From an uncultured Acidobacteriota bacterium (lineage in GTDB: Bacteria > Acidobacteriota > UBA6911): a stretch of 64,000 nucleotides of DNA. Location: NCBI GenBank assembly GCA_963827655.1, contig CAWHCF010000049.1:96001-160000 (forward strand), given 5' to 3'. This document shows, in pieces, positions 45,233-56,444 of the stretch. A program made the position numbers and the translations under genes. Positions within the stretch are counted from its first letter, which is position 1; the number at the start of each line of letters is the position of its first letter. The notes below the pieces were generated by a model. The model did no database searches and had not been told where the DNA came from. It was given only the letters and a program-made list of their open reading frames with translations.

Positions 45233-46460
45233 ATGAAAGTTCCTCTGCTCGATCTCGAGGCTCAGTACGCCGTGGTGCGCGAGAAGGTTCGCGCCGCGGT
45301 CGATGAGGTTCTGGAAAGCCAGCATTTCATCCTGGGGTGCCAGGTATCGCGACTGGAAGAGGAGATCGCGCGCCTTTGCGACCTGCCCTACGCCGTGGGC
45401 GTGGCTTCCGGAACCGACGCCCTGTTGCTCGCGCTTAAGGCCCTGGGCGTTGGACCGGGCGATTCCGTGATAACGGTTCCTTACACCTTCTACGCGACCG
45501 CCAGTACGATCGTCAATCTCGGGGCCAGGCCGCTGTTTGTCGATATCGACGACGCCAGCTACAACATGGATCCAGAGCAGCTGGCCCAGCTTCTGGAGCG
45601 CGACTGTTCGTTCAAACCTTCGTCGGGGACCCTGGTTCACAAGAGCTTCAGAAACCACGGTCAAGGCCATTGTGCCGGTCCATCTCTTCGGTCAATGCGC
45701 CGAGATGGCGGAGATCGCTCAGATTGCAGATCGCTATCAGCTCCCGACCGTGGAGGATGCCTGTCAGGCAATCGGGGCGCGATATCGGGAGAAAGCAGCG
45801 GGGTCGCTTGGCACACTCGGATGCTTCAGCTTCTTTCCATCCAAGAATCTCGGGGGGGGAGGGGATGGCGGCATGATCGTGACGCGCGATTCAGATCTTG
45901 CCCACCGGATACGCCTGCTGCGGGTACATGGAGAAAAGTCCAAGTACTACCATTCGATTATCGGGTTCAACAGCAGGCTGGACGAATTTCAGGCGGCAAT
46001 TCTTCGGGCCAAACTTCCCTATCTTGACGGCTGGACGACGATGCGACGGCGCAACGCCTGCTTTTACCAGACTGAACTACGGTCGGCCGGATTGGGTCCG
46101 AAAGTTGTGCCGCCGGCCGTATTGCCCGACCGGACTCACGTATTCCATCAGTTTGTGATTCGTTGCATGCGGCGCGATGAGTTGCGGAAGTTCCTGGAAA
46201 GCTGTGGCATTGGTACGGCGACCTATTATCCTCTTCCTTTGCATCAGCAGGAATGCTTTCGCTATCTCGGGTATGCGCCTGAGGACTTTCCCCGGTCATG
46301 CGCCGCGGCCCGGGAGACCCTGGCGCTTCCGGTTTATCCGGAACTCACGCCCGAGCAGAAGGCCTTTGTGGTTTCATCGATCACTGAGTTTTACGCTGCA
46401 AAACAAATACCACCAGGACACGAAGACACGAAGAAACACCAAATAAAAGGATCTTCATGA
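45233..46460 (+). CDS. DegT/DnrJ/EryC1/StrS PLP aminotransferase (frameshift near 45650)
   Basis: VASGTDAL, PVHLFGQ, EDACQA, SFFPSKNLG, GFNSRLDE. Confidence 0.9.
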
Positions 46461-48055
46461 AGCGAGTCTCATTATTTCTGATTGTGCTCTGCTGGGGATT
46501 TCAACCCGGGCATGCTCAACGACAGCCGGTGAAGCCTAATATCCTCTTCTGCTTCGCCGACGACTGGGGGCGCTATGCGAGCGCTTTCGCAGCGCTGGAA
46601 AAACAACCTTCACCCAATCAGATCGTCAGGACTCCAAGTATTGATCGCATTGCGCGCGAAGGCGTTCTGTTTCGCAATGCCTTCGTGAATGCGCCTTCGT
46701 GTACGCCATGCCGCAGCGCGCTGCTGACCGGGCGATACTTCTTCAACACCGGGCGCGGGGCGATTCTGCAAGGCGCGCAGTGGGACGCGGCGATTCCCAG
46801 CTTCCCGCTGCTGTTGCGCGACGCGGGGTATCACATCGGCGAGACGTACAAGGTCTGGAGTCCGGGCACGCCGATTGATGCACCGTTCGGCGCGGGCAGG
46901 CACAGCTACGAGAAAGCGGGCAACTTGCCTAACAACTACTCCGAGAACGTCACGCAGATGATGCGCGAAGGGCTGTCGCTTGAGCAGGCGCGCGAGAAGA
47001 TCTTCGCTCAAGTGCGGGCGAACTTTGAGTCCTTCCTCGCTGACCGGAAACCGGGGCAGCCGTGGCTCTATTGGTTCGGTCCCACCACGACGCATCGCCG
47101 GTGGATCCAGGGTTCCGGCAAGGCGCTCTGGGGGCTTGATCCCGATGCGTTGCAAGGCAAGCTGCCGCCGTTTCTGCCGGATGTGCCGGCGGTGCGGGAG
47201 GACTTTGCCGATTACCTGGGCGAGGTGCAGGCCTTCGATGCTTACATCGGGTTGTTGTTAAAGAAGCTGGAGGAGACAGGCGAGCTTGACCGTACCCTTA
47301 TCGTCGTTAGCGGCGATCATGGCGGCCCGGGGTTCCCGAACGGCAAGTGCAATCTTTACGATTTCGGCACCGGCGTGACGCTTGCCGCGCGCTGGCCCGG
47401 CGGCAAGGGGGGACGCGTGGCAGACGACCTCGTGAGCCTGGCGGATTTGGCGCCGACCTTCCTCGAAGCGGCCGGCGTTGCCGCTCCTGCAGGCGTCAAT
47501 GGCCGGAGCCTTTTGAATGTGTTGCATTCCAATCAAAGCGGTCTTGTGGACTCTCAACGCACATGGGTTATTACGGGCCGCGAACGTCACGTAGCGGCCG
47601 CGCGTGAAGAGAACCTGCCTTATCCGCAGCGCGCCTTGCGCACGCCGGAATTTCTCTACATCCGCAACTTTGCTCCTGACCGCTGGCCGCTCGGATCACC
47701 GAAGGCGGTGACAGCAAGTGAAGCGCCGGCGGCAGACGTCCTGGAAAGAGACACACACATCGCTTTCGCCGACATGGACGCCGGACCTACCAAGGCCTGG
47801 CTCATCACTCATCGCAACGACACACAATGGAAGCGGCATTATGACATCGCGTTTGCTAAACGGCCTGCCGAAGAGCTTTACGACCTGCGCCAGGATCCGC
47901 ACCAGGTGAAGAACGTCGCCGCCGATCCGGCCTACACTGCAGAGAAAGCCAGGCTGGCAGCCCAGCTGATGAAAATCCTGACGGAGGCCGGCGATCCGCG
48001 CGTCTCAGGGGATGGAAAGACTTTCGAGCGTTCGCCGTTTACGGACGAAAAGTAA
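46457..48055 (+). CDS. Exported sulfatase
   Basis: PNILFCFADD; formylglycine motif CTPCRSALLTG; SGDHG; EELYDL. Confidence 0.9.
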   Translation: MKRVSLFLIVLCWGFQPGHAQRQPVKPNILFCFADDWGRYASAFAALEKQPSPNQIVRTPSIDRIAREGVLFRNAFVNAPSCTPCRSALLTGRYFFNTGRGAILQGAQWDAAIPSFPLLLRDAGYHIGETYKVWSPGTPIDAPFGAGRHSYEKAGNLPNNYSENVTQMMREGLSLEQAREKIFAQVRANFESFLADRKPGQPWLYWFGPTTTHRRWIQGSGKALWGLDPDALQGKLPPFLPDVPAVREDFADYLGEVQAFDAYIGLLLKKLEETGELDRTLIVVSGDHGGPGFPNGKCNLYDFGTGVTLAARWPGGKGGRVADDLVSLADLAPTFLEAAGVAAPAGVNGRSLLNVLHSNQSGLVDSQRTWVITGRERHVAAAREENLPYPQRALRTPEFLYIRNFAPDRWPLGSPKAVTASEAPAADVLERDTHIAFADMDAGPTKAWLITHRNDTQWKRHYDIAFAKRPAEELYDLRQDPHQVKNVAADPAYTAEKARLAAQLMKILTEAGDPRVSGDGKTFERSPFTDEK

Positions 48056-48130
48056 CCAGTTAACTGGCGGGTTCGGCGACTTGTGGTTTTTTCCCGTCAT
48101 CGGCTGGCCTCAATTTTTTTGGCGGCATCA

Positions 48131-50467
48131 CTAGGTGGAGTCTTTGGACGGGGTGGAGTAGATACTGGTCGCGCCGCCCAGTATTTGTTCGTAGCTGTTT
48201 CCGTAACACCGGATTGCGGGTTCGGTCCCTTTGATGAAATGTTCGCTCATTCGGTCCAGGCAGCGATCCGTAGCCAGCAGGCCGGTAGTAGGGTCGATTT
48301 CCAGCTCTACGATCCCATCCGGCTCGGTAAATTCCTCGCCACTTAAAGGGCGAAGTGAAATCGCGCGCTTCATGAAATCGGTCCACACAAGCAGGGCGGA
48401 TTGGGATCCGGAGAGGTTCAACTCGCGATTGTCGTCGAAGCCGACCCAGACGATACAAAGCAGCTCGGGAGTATAGCCGGCGAACCAGCCGTCGTGCGAG
48501 GTTCCAGTCTTGCCTGCGGCGGGCAAGGTAAAGCCCCGCGCTCGGGCCCCGGTACCGGTCCCGTTGTTTATTACCGACTGCAACAGCGACGTGACCATAA
48601 AGGCGACCTGAGGGGACAAGACGCGGTTCGATCTTGGATTGGCGACGAAGGCCGGCTTTCCATCGTTATCGAGCACTTTGAGGATCGGCGTCAAGTCCGA
48701 AAGCGTCCCGTCACTGGCAAAGGCGGTATAGGCTCGCGCCATCTCGAGAGGCGTGACTTCGAAGGCGCCGATGGCCATGGCCGGATAGGGCTTGATCTGC
48801 TGATTCAAGCCAAGGCGGCGCGCCATTTCGGCGACTTTATGATATCCGATCTTTTCGGCAAACTTGACGGTCGCGATATTTAGCGACCTGGTAACCGCCT
48901 GTCGCATCGTGACCTGGCCCAGATACTCCTCCTTGAAATTCCGCGGTTCATAGACCAGATCCTGAAAGGCGAATTGCGTCGGCTCATCCAGGACCGTGGA
49001 TACCGCAGTCAGCGCGCCGGAACCGCTGTAGGCTGTTTCCAACGCGGCCGCGAAGACGAAGGGTTTGAAGATGCTGCCGGGTTGTCGCCGTGATTGCGTG
49101 ATGCGATTGAACTGGCTCAGTCCGTAGTTTCGGCCACCGACCATCGCAAGAACCGCCCCGGTCCGGGGATCGAGCGCAATGAGGCTGGCCTGAACCGTGC
49201 CGGGAGGGATGGCTCGCTTTCCCTTGGCGAAGTGGGCATCCAGGTGAGCGACCCCCTCCCGCACCGATTCGAAGGCGGCCTGCTGAAGATCGGTATCCAG
49301 GCTGCTGTAGACCTTGTATTTGAAACGGGCTAAGTCCACGTCGCCGAACTTATCGGTCAGAATATCCTGAACATAGTCGACGAAGTAGGGCGCATCCGAA
49401 TAGTTGAAGATCGAGGCAGGCTTTACTTCGAGCCGACTTGCCTTGGCCTGATCCCGCTCCTGCGGGGAAATCATCTCGTATTCGGCCATGCGATCGAGCA
49501 CGAGGTCTCTGCGAACCTTCGCGCGCTCAGGATAACGAACAGGTGTATATCGATTTGGCGCTGGAATGATTCCGGCCAGCATCGCCGCTTCCGCGAGCGT
49601 GACATCTTTGACATTCTTATGGAAGAAGGCTTCGGCGGCCTCACCGAAGCCTACGATGCTGAAGGAGCCGCGCTGGCCCAAATACACCTCGTTGCTGTAG
49701 AGCTCAAAGATGGTTTCCTTGTTCAGGCGCTTCTCCAGGAGAATCGACATGTAGGCGTCCGTGAACTTGCGCCACCAGCTTTTCTCCGGAGTGAGGAAGG
49801 AGTTCTTGACGAACTGTTGAGTCAGTGTGCTGGCTCCCTGCAGCGTGTCTCCTTCTCGAATATCGATGATGAACGCCTTTACAATCCGGATGGGATCGAC
49901 GCCGCTGTGGTTGAAAAAGCGGCGATCCTCTGAAGCGAGCACGGCATCGATCAGCGCCTTGGGAAGGTCTCGATAGTTGACGAAGCGCCGTTTTTCCCGG
50001 TTCTTGTTGATGATGTTGCTCAACAGTTCGGGTTTCAACATGAACTTCGGGAGGGAGTTCTTCGAAGCGGTATCGACGATTGATCGAATCGCTGTGTTCG
50101 AGCAGGTCACCTCGACCAGCCGATTCGAATCCTCGGGCGTCTTGGCGTCATTGAAAAGCAGGATCCGATTGTCCTTTACGATCTCGTAGCTGGATACCTT
50201 AGAGGCTTTAGCGGCGCGTTCGGCATATCCAAGACGACGGAGCTTGGCCAGGAGTTCTTGCATTCGAACCCGTTTGCCCGGATAGAGTGTGACCGGCGCC
50301 GAGTAGATCTCAGTATCGGCAACGTTGTACCGTTTCCCCAGTTTCTGTTCGATGATCCCGTCGAAGATGTAGTAATAGCGGATCAGGAATGCTGCGAGTG
50401 CGAGCGCAGGTATAAGGACAATAACAGCCGTTATCTTGAGTACACGGCGGCTGGGGGTCCTGACCAA
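48131..50467 (-). CDS. Class A penicillin-binding protein (PBP1A/1B)
   Basis: Transglycosylase motifs EDRRF and QGASTLTQQ; transpeptidase motifs SIFK, SLN and KTGT. Confidence 0.95.
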   Translation of the reverse strand: MVRTPSRRVLKITAVIVLIPALALAAFLIRYYYIFDGIIEQKLGKRYNVADTEIYSAPVTLYPGKRVRMQELLAKLRRLGYAERAAKASKVSSYEIVKDNRILLFNDAKTPEDSNRLVEVTCSNTAIRSIVDTASKNSLPKFMLKPELLSNIINKNREKRRFVNYRDLPKALIDAVLASEDRRFFNHSGVDPIRIVKAFIIDIREGDTLQGASTLTQQFVKNSFLTPEKSWWRKFTDAYMSILLEKRLNKETIFELYSNEVYLGQRGSFSIVGFGEAAEAFFHKNVKDVTLAEAAMLAGIIPAPNRYTPVRYPERAKVRRDLVLDRMAEYEMISPQERDQAKASRLEVKPASIFNYSDAPYFVDYVQDILTDKFGDVDLARFKYKVYSSLDTDLQQAAFESVREGVAHLDAHFAKGKRAIPPGTVQASLIALDPRTGAVLAMVGGRNYGLSQFNRITQSRRQPGSIFKPFVFAAALETAYSGSGALTAVSTVLDEPTQFAFQDLVYEPRNFKEEYLGQVTMRQAVTRSLNIATVKFAEKIGYHKVAEMARRLGLNQQIKPYPAMAIGAFEVTPLEMARAYTAFASDGTLSDLTPILKVLDNDGKPAFVANPRSNRVLSPQVAFMVTSLLQSVINNGTGTGARARGFTLPAAGKTGTSHDGWFAGYTPELLCIVWVGFDDNRELNLSGSQSALLVWTDFMKRAISLRPLSGEEFTEPDGIVELEIDPTTGLLATDRCLDRMSEHFIKGTEPAIRCYGNSYEQILGGATSIYSTPSKDST

Positions 50468-50703
50468 ATTCCTGGCTCCAAGCTAGCGACGGTCCCTAAG
50501 GATGCAACCATTCAAGAATGATAAGCGACCGAATTATATCACGAATCTTGGCTTAGCGTTTCTTCGTGTCTTTGTGTCTTCGTGGTTGGTTTTGTCCGCG
50601 ATTAACTCATCTGGTGACCGGTTTTCCAAACCGTGTTACGATTTGTTCGATTTGGGGATTTCCGATTCAGATCGGTAAATCCGCAACTGCATGGTGGGTG
50701 CGC

Positions 50704-51729
50704 ATGATCGAGAGGTATTCCCGGCAGGTGCTTTTTCCTCCCATTGGAGAAGCCGGGCAGCAAAGACTGGGGCGGAGCCGCGTACTCCTGGTGGGGTGTG
50801 GCGCCCTGGGATCTGTAGTCGCCGAGATTCTGGCGCGCGCCGGCGTCGCGCGTCTGACCCTCGCCGATCGCGACTACATCGATGAATCGAATCTGCAGCG
50901 TCAATCTTTGTACACCGAGGACGATTGTCGGCAAGGTCTGCCCAAAGCGGTTGCCGCGGCGCGTCACCTGACCGAAATCAACAGCGGGGTCGAACTGGTG
51001 CCCCAGGTCCTGGATGTCAATGCGCGCTCGATAGAGTCGCTGGTGCGCAACCACGATTTGATCATTGATGGGACGGACAACTTCGAGACTCGCTATCTTC
51101 TGAACGACGCCAGCCTGAAGTGGAACCTTCCGTGGGTCTATGGCGCGTGTGTGGGTAGTTACGGACTGTGCCTGGCTTTCGTCCCGGGATTGACGCCCTG
51201 CCTGCGCTGCGTTCTGGAACAGCTCCCCGCCCCGGGGAGTTCGCCTACGTGCGATACTGCAGGGGTTATCGGTCCCATCGTGCACCTGGTGGCATCGCTT
51301 GAGACGGCTGAGGCGATGAAGATTCTTACCGGGAATCTGGAGCGCCTCAATCGCAAGATTGTCTCCGTTGATGTCTGGCAGAATCTGATTTCCACTTTAG
51401 ATCTTTCCCGGATGGAGCGTAACGGCCATTGTCCTGCGTGCGGCCAAAGGCAGTTCGAGTTCCTGGAAGGGAAGTTCGAAGGGCGAGGCCAGTTCCTTTG
51501 CGGCCGCAATGCAGTTCAGATCTGGCGAGAGTCCGCCCGCGCGATCGACTTGAGGTCGATTGCGGAACGGTTGGCCAGGATAGGCGAAGTGCGCTGCAAC
51601 GAGTTTCTCTTGAGAGCCCGGGTCGACGAGTTCGAAATCGCGCTGTTCCGCGATGGCCGCGGCATCGTGAGAGGAACTGAGGATTTGGACGAAGCCCGGC
51701 GCGTCTATGCGAAATTCATCGGGAATTAA
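50704..51729 (+). CDS. ThiF/MoeB family adenylyltransferase
   Basis: RYSRQ, VGCGALGS, SNLQRQ, DGTDNF, two CxxC motifs and TCDTAGV. Confidence 0.9.
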   Translation: MIERYSRQVLFPPIGEAGQQRLGRSRVLLVGCGALGSVVAEILARAGVARLTLADRDYIDESNLQRQSLYTEDDCRQGLPKAVAAARHLTEINSGVELVPQVLDVNARSIESLVRNHDLIIDGTDNFETRYLLNDASLKWNLPWVYGACVGSYGLCLAFVPGLTPCLRCVLEQLPAPGSSPTCDTAGVIGPIVHLVASLETAEAMKILTGNLERLNRKIVSVDVWQNLISTLDLSRMERNGHCPACGQRQFEFLEGKFEGRGQFLCGRNAVQIWRESARAIDLRSIAERLARIGEVRCNEFLLRARVDEFEIALFRDGRGIVRGTEDLDEARRVYAKFIGN

Positions 51730-51814
51730 GCTCGATGGCAATGAACCACAAAAGCGCAAAGATGTCAGGCGAGTCTGAGGGCCTTGGTCTTTGCTTGGCA
51801 AAGGATGAGTCGCG

Positions 51815-52579
51815 ATGATTAGAATCCGTCTCTTGCTGGCGAGCCTGCTGCTGGCAATTTCCGAGAACGTGCCGGCCCAGGACGAAGAGAAGATCCAGAA
51901 TTTGTTTCGTGAGGCGATAGAAGCCATGGGGGGCGACAAATTCTTGAAGGTCGATGACATCGTCAGCGAGGGAAATTACTTCTTCTTCGATCGAGACGGC
52001 AATTCATCGGGACTCATAAAATACAACGACTATACCAAGCTTCCCGACAAGAGTCGCAACGAGCTGGGAAACAGGAAGAAAGAGCGCGAAATCGTTGTTT
52101 TTAACCTGGAAAAAGGCGAAGGATGGATTCTGGAGGGACAGAAGGAGACTCGGGACGCCACCCCCGAACAGATGAAGGAATTCAGAAACATGATCAAGCA
52201 CAGCTTCGAACTCATCTTCCGAACCCGCTACAAGGATCCTGCGAACAAGCTGTTCTACCTGGGCGCGGGAGAAGGAAGCGATGTCCGTATGGATATTGTC
52301 AAACTTCTCGATCCGGAGAATGATGAAGTCACAATCTACTTTGATCGTTTGAGCAAGCTGCCGGCCAAAATCGAATATCGAGGTTTGGATAAGCGTGGAG
52401 TTCAACTCCGCCACGTCCAGGAATTCAGCATGTGGCATGTCATCCAGGGAATCAAGACGCCCTTGCGCACCGACTCCTTTGTCAACGGCCGGAAATCAGC
52501 CCAGTTTTTCGTGGTCAAGATCAGCTACAACAACAGCCTCACGGATGCCTTCTTCTCCAAGCCGTTGCCGCCGAAGTGA
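51815..52579 (+). CDS. Exported hypothetical protein (possibly lipoprotein-sorting/LolA-like fold)
   Basis: Signal peptide; AIEAMGG; beta-rich body ending NNSLTDAFFSKP. Confidence 0.6.
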   Translation: MIRIRLLLASLLLAISENVPAQDEEKIQNLFREAIEAMGGDKFLKVDDIVSEGNYFFFDRDGNSSGLIKYNDYTKLPDKSRNELGNRKKEREIVVFNLEKGEGWILEGQKETRDATPEQMKEFRNMIKHSFELIFRTRYKDPANKLFYLGAGEGSDVRMDIVKLLDPENDEVTIYFDRLSKLPAKIEYRGLDKRGVQLRHVQEFSMWHVIQGIKTPLRTDSFVNGRKSAQFFVVKISYNNSLTDAFFSKPLPPK

Positions 52580-52588
52580 TCCCGCTGA

Positions 52589-52758
52589 ATTGAGTAAACA
52601 AGTTGAAAGTGCTCTGAATCGAAAGTAATCCTTGATTGCTGCAATTTTCGAATGTGTTGCCTCAGCGCTTTCAAGCATTGAGTAAAAAGTAGAAAGTGCT
52701 GAGTCGAAAGTAGTCTTGATTGGTGCAATTTTCCAATGTGATGCCTCAGCGCTTTCAA
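52589..52758. repeat. Tandem duplication of an approximately 84-bp imperfect hairpin unit between convergent genes
   Basis: Copies at 52589-52674 and 52677-52758, each gaaagtgct...ctcagcgctttcaa. Confidence 0.85.
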
Positions 52759-52799
52759 CTGCAGCACTTTATACTTTACTTTGAACGCGTGCAGCCGTT

Positions 52800-54071
52800 T
52801 CACGCGTAAATTCCCCGAATCCGCGTGCCGCGGGCGACCCGATCGATGGCCAGCATGTAAGCTGCGATCCTCATGTTGACGTTGTGAGTCTCGGAGTAGC
52901 GGACCACTTGCGCGAAGCTGTCGGTCATATAGTCAGCCAGCCGCTCGTTAACCATCGATTCTTTCCAGAAATAACCCTGCCGGTCTTGCACCCACTCGAA
53001 GTAGGAAACCGTGACACCGCCGGCGTTGGCCAGAATGTCAGGGATAACGAAGATTCGTTTGTCTTCCAGGATCAGGTCCGCTTTGGCGGTCGTCGGACCA
53101 TTGGCTCCTTCGGCGATGATCCGGGCCTTGATGAGACTGGCATTGAGGGACGTGATCTGGTTCTCAACCGCAGCCGGAACCAGAATGTGGCAGGGAAGCT
53201 CCAGGAGCTCCCGATTGGTGATGCGATCCGTGTCGGGAAATCCGTCGAGCGTCCGGTTCCGCCGATGATATTCGACGACTCTGGGGATATCCAACCCGTC
53301 AGGATTGTAAATGCCGCCACGAATGTCAGAGACGGCGACGACCTTGAATCCTTCGGTATGCAGGAGCTGAGCCGTAACGGAACCTACATTCCCGAATCCC
53401 TGGATCGCGACCATCGAATCCGAGGGCGCAAGACTGAACTTGGCGCACGCTTCCTTGATCGCGATCGCGAGTCCACGGCCGGTCGCTTCCCTCCTTCCCG
53501 CCGATCCGCCTAGCTCGACAGGTTTTCCGGTTATCACGCCGGTTACTGTCTGGTGCGCGTGCATGCTGTAGGTGTCCATCACCCAGGCCATGATCTGCTC
53601 GTTTGTGTTCACATCCGGGGCGGGAACATCCTTTTCTGGACCCAGGAATTCGTACAGTTCGGCCGTGTAGCGCCGCGTCAGCCGCTCGAGCTCTCCGGTA
53701 GACATCCGGGATGGATCACAGATAACCCCGCCCTTGGCTCCACCGAAGGGAATATTCACAACCGCGCATTTCCAGGTCATCCATGCCGCGAGCGCCTTGA
53801 CTTCATCCAGGGTTACGTCGGGAGCGAAGCGGATTCCCCCTTTGCTCGGGCCGCGCGAGATATTGTGCTGCACACGATAGCCGGTAAAGACCTGCAGCCT
53901 TCCGGTGTCCATGAACACGGGAATGTAGACCGTCACCTCTCTGCGCGGATACCGAAGAAACTGATACAGTCCGTCATCCAGGTTCAGTTTTTGAGCAGCG
54001 ACATCAAACCGCGACATCATGGCTTCGAAGGGATTGATTTCACTGTCCTGCTCTGCCATCAGCAGTGCCAT
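52800..54071 (-). CDS. gdhA: Glu/Leu/Phe/Val dehydrogenase (glutamate dehydrogenase)
   Basis: [44 protein letters not shown]. Confidence 0.92.
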   Translation of the reverse strand: MALLMAEQDSEINPFEAMMSRFDVAAQKLNLDDGLYQFLRYPRREVTVYIPVFMDTGRLQVFTGYRVQHNISRGPSKGGIRFAPDVTLDEVKALAAWMTWKCAVVNIPFGGAKGGVICDPSRMSTGELERLTRRYTAELYEFLGPEKDVPAPDVNTNEQIMAWVMDTYSMHAHQTVTGVITGKPVELGGSAGRREATGRGLAIAIKEACAKFSLAPSDSMVAIQGFGNVGSVTAQLLHTEGFKVVAVSDIRGGIYNPDGLDIPRVVEYHRRNRTLDGFPDTDRITNRELLELPCHILVPAAVENQITSLNASLIKARIIAEGANGPTTAKADLILEDKRIFVIPDILANAGGVTVSYFEWVQDRQGYFWKESMVNERLADYMTDSFAQVVRYSETHNVNMRIAAYMLAIDRVARGTRIRGIYA

Positions 54072-54426
54072 AGAGCTTGTCCTTGCATGAGTTTAATTCT
54101 AGCCCAAGTTCCTTGTGATGAACACTGGCTCTGGCAGGCCCTTGGTGTTTCTTCGTCTTTGTGGTTAGCGCTGCGAAACAGCTAGGTCACGAAGAACACG
54201 GCAAACCTAGCCTACCCGGTGCGGCACGTGAGGAACAAGCCGATCAAGTCTAGCGGGCACGTGCAGGTCAGCAGCTGCGACGGTGGCGCGATCCTCAGCG
54301 TGCTTAGCGGACAGAAACTGGTGTCATGATTCGACCGCCGGATTCGGGCACAGAAGTGTGAAGTTATTTCGGCAGCTGAGCCCTAAGGACACGGAAGAGG
54401 AATAAATGAAGAGTATCAGGAAACGC

Positions 54427-55320
54427 TTATCCAGCCGCCTGTCGAGCCCGAGGGGGGGCTTCCAGATCAAGAATAGTGCAAGAGCGGTATTTTTCCGAGT
54501 GGCGCACGATCTGGTCGGCTAATGCTGCGTGAATGGCGTGACCGGCTTTCTCGGCGTAGAGGTGCCCGATAATGGGGTAGCCAACGAGCGAAATGTCGCC
54601 GAGGAGGTCTAGCATCTTGTGGCGAACGAACTCATTCGGAAACCTGAGCTCGGCATTGACTATTCCGGATTGATCCAGGACGACCGCGTTTTCCAGCGAT
54701 CCGCCTCGAATCAGCCCGCATCGTTTCAGGTACTCGACATCGGATATGAAACCAAAGGTCCGGGCACAGCCGATCTCTCGGCGGTAAGACTCCGGAGTAA
54801 GGTCGATACGGATTTCCTGGCGCCCGATGGCGTTGTGCTGAAAATCAATGATGTAGCTGGCTTGGGGGCGGGGCGAGGGATAGACGCCGGCCACCTTGTC
54901 TCCCTGCCGCACCTCGATAGGTTTCTGAATGACGATGTAGCGGCGTAAGGCGTCCTGCTCCTGAATTCCCGTCTTTTCAATCTCCTCCATGAATCGGCGT
55001 CCGCTGCCATCCATGATCGGAACTTCCATGGAGTCGATGTCAATGAACAGGTTATCGATCCCGAGACCGTATAAACTCGACAGCAAGTGCTCGACCGTCG
55101 AGATCATTACTCCCTTTTTCATCAGCGTTGTGGCATAGCTCACTTTGGCGACGTGCTTGCGCGTGGCCTCAATTTCAAAGTGCTTCAGATCGGTTCTGCG
55201 GAAGAGGATGCCGGTATTCTCAGGCGCAGGCACCAGCGTCATGTTCACCGGGTATCCGGTATGGAGGCCAATTCCCTTGAAGTTGATCTCGTCACGCAGC
55301 GTTCGTTGGTATCGGAGCAT
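54427..55320 (-). CDS. lpxC: UDP-3-O-acyl-N-acetylglucosamine deacetylase
   Basis: QRTL...GIGLHTG, TVEHLLS, PIMDGS, ARTFGF, HKMLDLLGD. Confidence 0.95.
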   Translation of the reverse strand: MLRYQRTLRDEINFKGIGLHTGYPVNMTLVPAPENTGILFRRTDLKHFEIEATRKHVAKVSYATTLMKKGVMISTVEHLLSSLYGLGIDNLFIDIDSMEVPIMDGSGRRFMEEIEKTGIQEQDALRRYIVIQKPIEVRQGDKVAGVYPSPRPQASYIIDFQHNAIGRQEIRIDLTPESYRREIGCARTFGFISDVEYLKRCGLIRGGSLENAVVLDQSGIVNAELRFPNEFVRHKMLDLLGDISLVGYPIIGHLYAEKAGHAIHAALADQIVRHSEKYRSCTILDLEAPPRARQAAG

Positions 55321-55413
55321 TTTGTCCTCGGTTGTCTTCTGCAGTTATGACGCGTCTCATCCCCGGACAATAGTGACACTTCAATCGCAATCGACCGCAA
55401 CCGAGAGCTAGCA

Positions 55414-55429
55414 TGCAAGACCTGTTCCA
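55414..55429 (-). promoter_or_regulatory. Putative sigma54 promoter upstream of lpxC
   Basis: Minus strand reads TGGAACAGGTCTTGCA (GG-N10-GC). Confidence 0.5.
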
Positions 55430-55619
55430 AGATCTTTGAACCTGAGGCCCGTGTAGTCATAACCTATTTGATTCCTATGGTTTGTGCTATTCCCGAGATC
55501 AATATCGCGAACCCGAGATGTCTTCCAGGGTGTGTCGCCTGGGCCACACTCGAAAGTAAAGAAAGGTTTGATTGATGAAAGAACGCGAAGGCGGGGTCAG
55601 GCTGAGCCTGATGTCCAGC

Positions 55620-56075
55620 TCACCCAACTGAACGCTCCTCGAAAAGGTGGGCAATCTCCTCATCCCCCGACTCCCTGGCGTGCTGCGACAGGGCCTTGCC
55701 CCGCGCGTCCGTAGCCTTTGCCAGGGCTGGCGAACGGCCCAACAGCCGGCGAACCCACCGAACGTCCCTCTCGCGAATTGCGAAGAGCATGTCGTCGATC
55801 TCGATCGCTAGTAACCCGCCTAGCCCCCGGAGGTACTCAATTGCCCAGCCTGTGGGCGTGGCACCGAATCGATCGTCCCGCGCATTGATGTCGGCGCCCA
55901 TCTCCTGCAGGAACCTCGCGATCTCCCGATGTCCATTCTCCGTAGCGTAGTGCATGGCGGTCGCCCCTTCGTCGTCTCTCACCTTGGCCAGGGCTGGATC
56001 CGCAGTCAGGAGCGCTCGAACTCGTTCCGTGTTTCCCGATTCGACAGCCGTGAAGAACTCCGTGGTCTTGCTCAT
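55620..56075 (-). CDS. Ankyrin-repeat protein
   Basis: GATAMHYATENGHREIARFL..MGADINARD; probable ATG at 56075. Confidence 0.8.
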   Translation of the reverse strand: MSKTTEFFTAVESGNTERVRALLTADPALAKVRDDEGATAMHYATENGHREIARFLQEMGADINARDDRFGATPTGWAIEYLRGLGGLLAIEIDDMLFAIRERDVRWVRRLLGRSPALAKATDARGKALSQHARESGDEEIAHLFEERSVG

Positions 56076-56444
56076 GGTTCTAAAATGAGCCTGACGATAT
56101 ACGACCAGACGTTGTTTGTTTCCACTGAATCCAACCCCATCGATAAATCGGAGCTGCATCAGATTCGGGGCAATTTACCAAGCGGCTCTCAAGCCAGGAA
56201 CTACAGAAACAATAAGCAAACGTTCCATCAGTTCGATGAGTCCCAGGTTCCCGTCCGAGTCATGCCATTTCGGGTCCACTCTCATAAAAGCAGTCGAACG
56301 CCCCGGACTCAGCCGCCGCGGTCGGGATCGACGGCAGTGTACCAGTTAGTCAAATGCGCTTCCAATCCCATTCGCTTGCAAAAACGGAGTTGCGTCTTTT
56401 CCGGTTCATGTGATAGAAGTAGCAACTGAGTTCAGGGTAAACCA

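Noticed and set aside
50704-51729. ThiF with TldDE as a RiPP or ubiquitin-like system
   Set aside because: The genes are about 40 kb apart, with no precursor peptide, ThiS/MoaD or JAB gene adjacent.
52589-52758. Possible mini-CRISPR or toxin-antitoxin RNA repeat
   Set aside because: There are only two whole-unit copies with no spacer, and no adjacent toxin or cas gene.
54072-54426. Possible ncRNA in the lpxC-gdhA gap
   Set aside because: Only a nonamer-family repeat and a small GCTAGGT/ACCTAGC hairpin are visible; no tRNA or known RNA signature.
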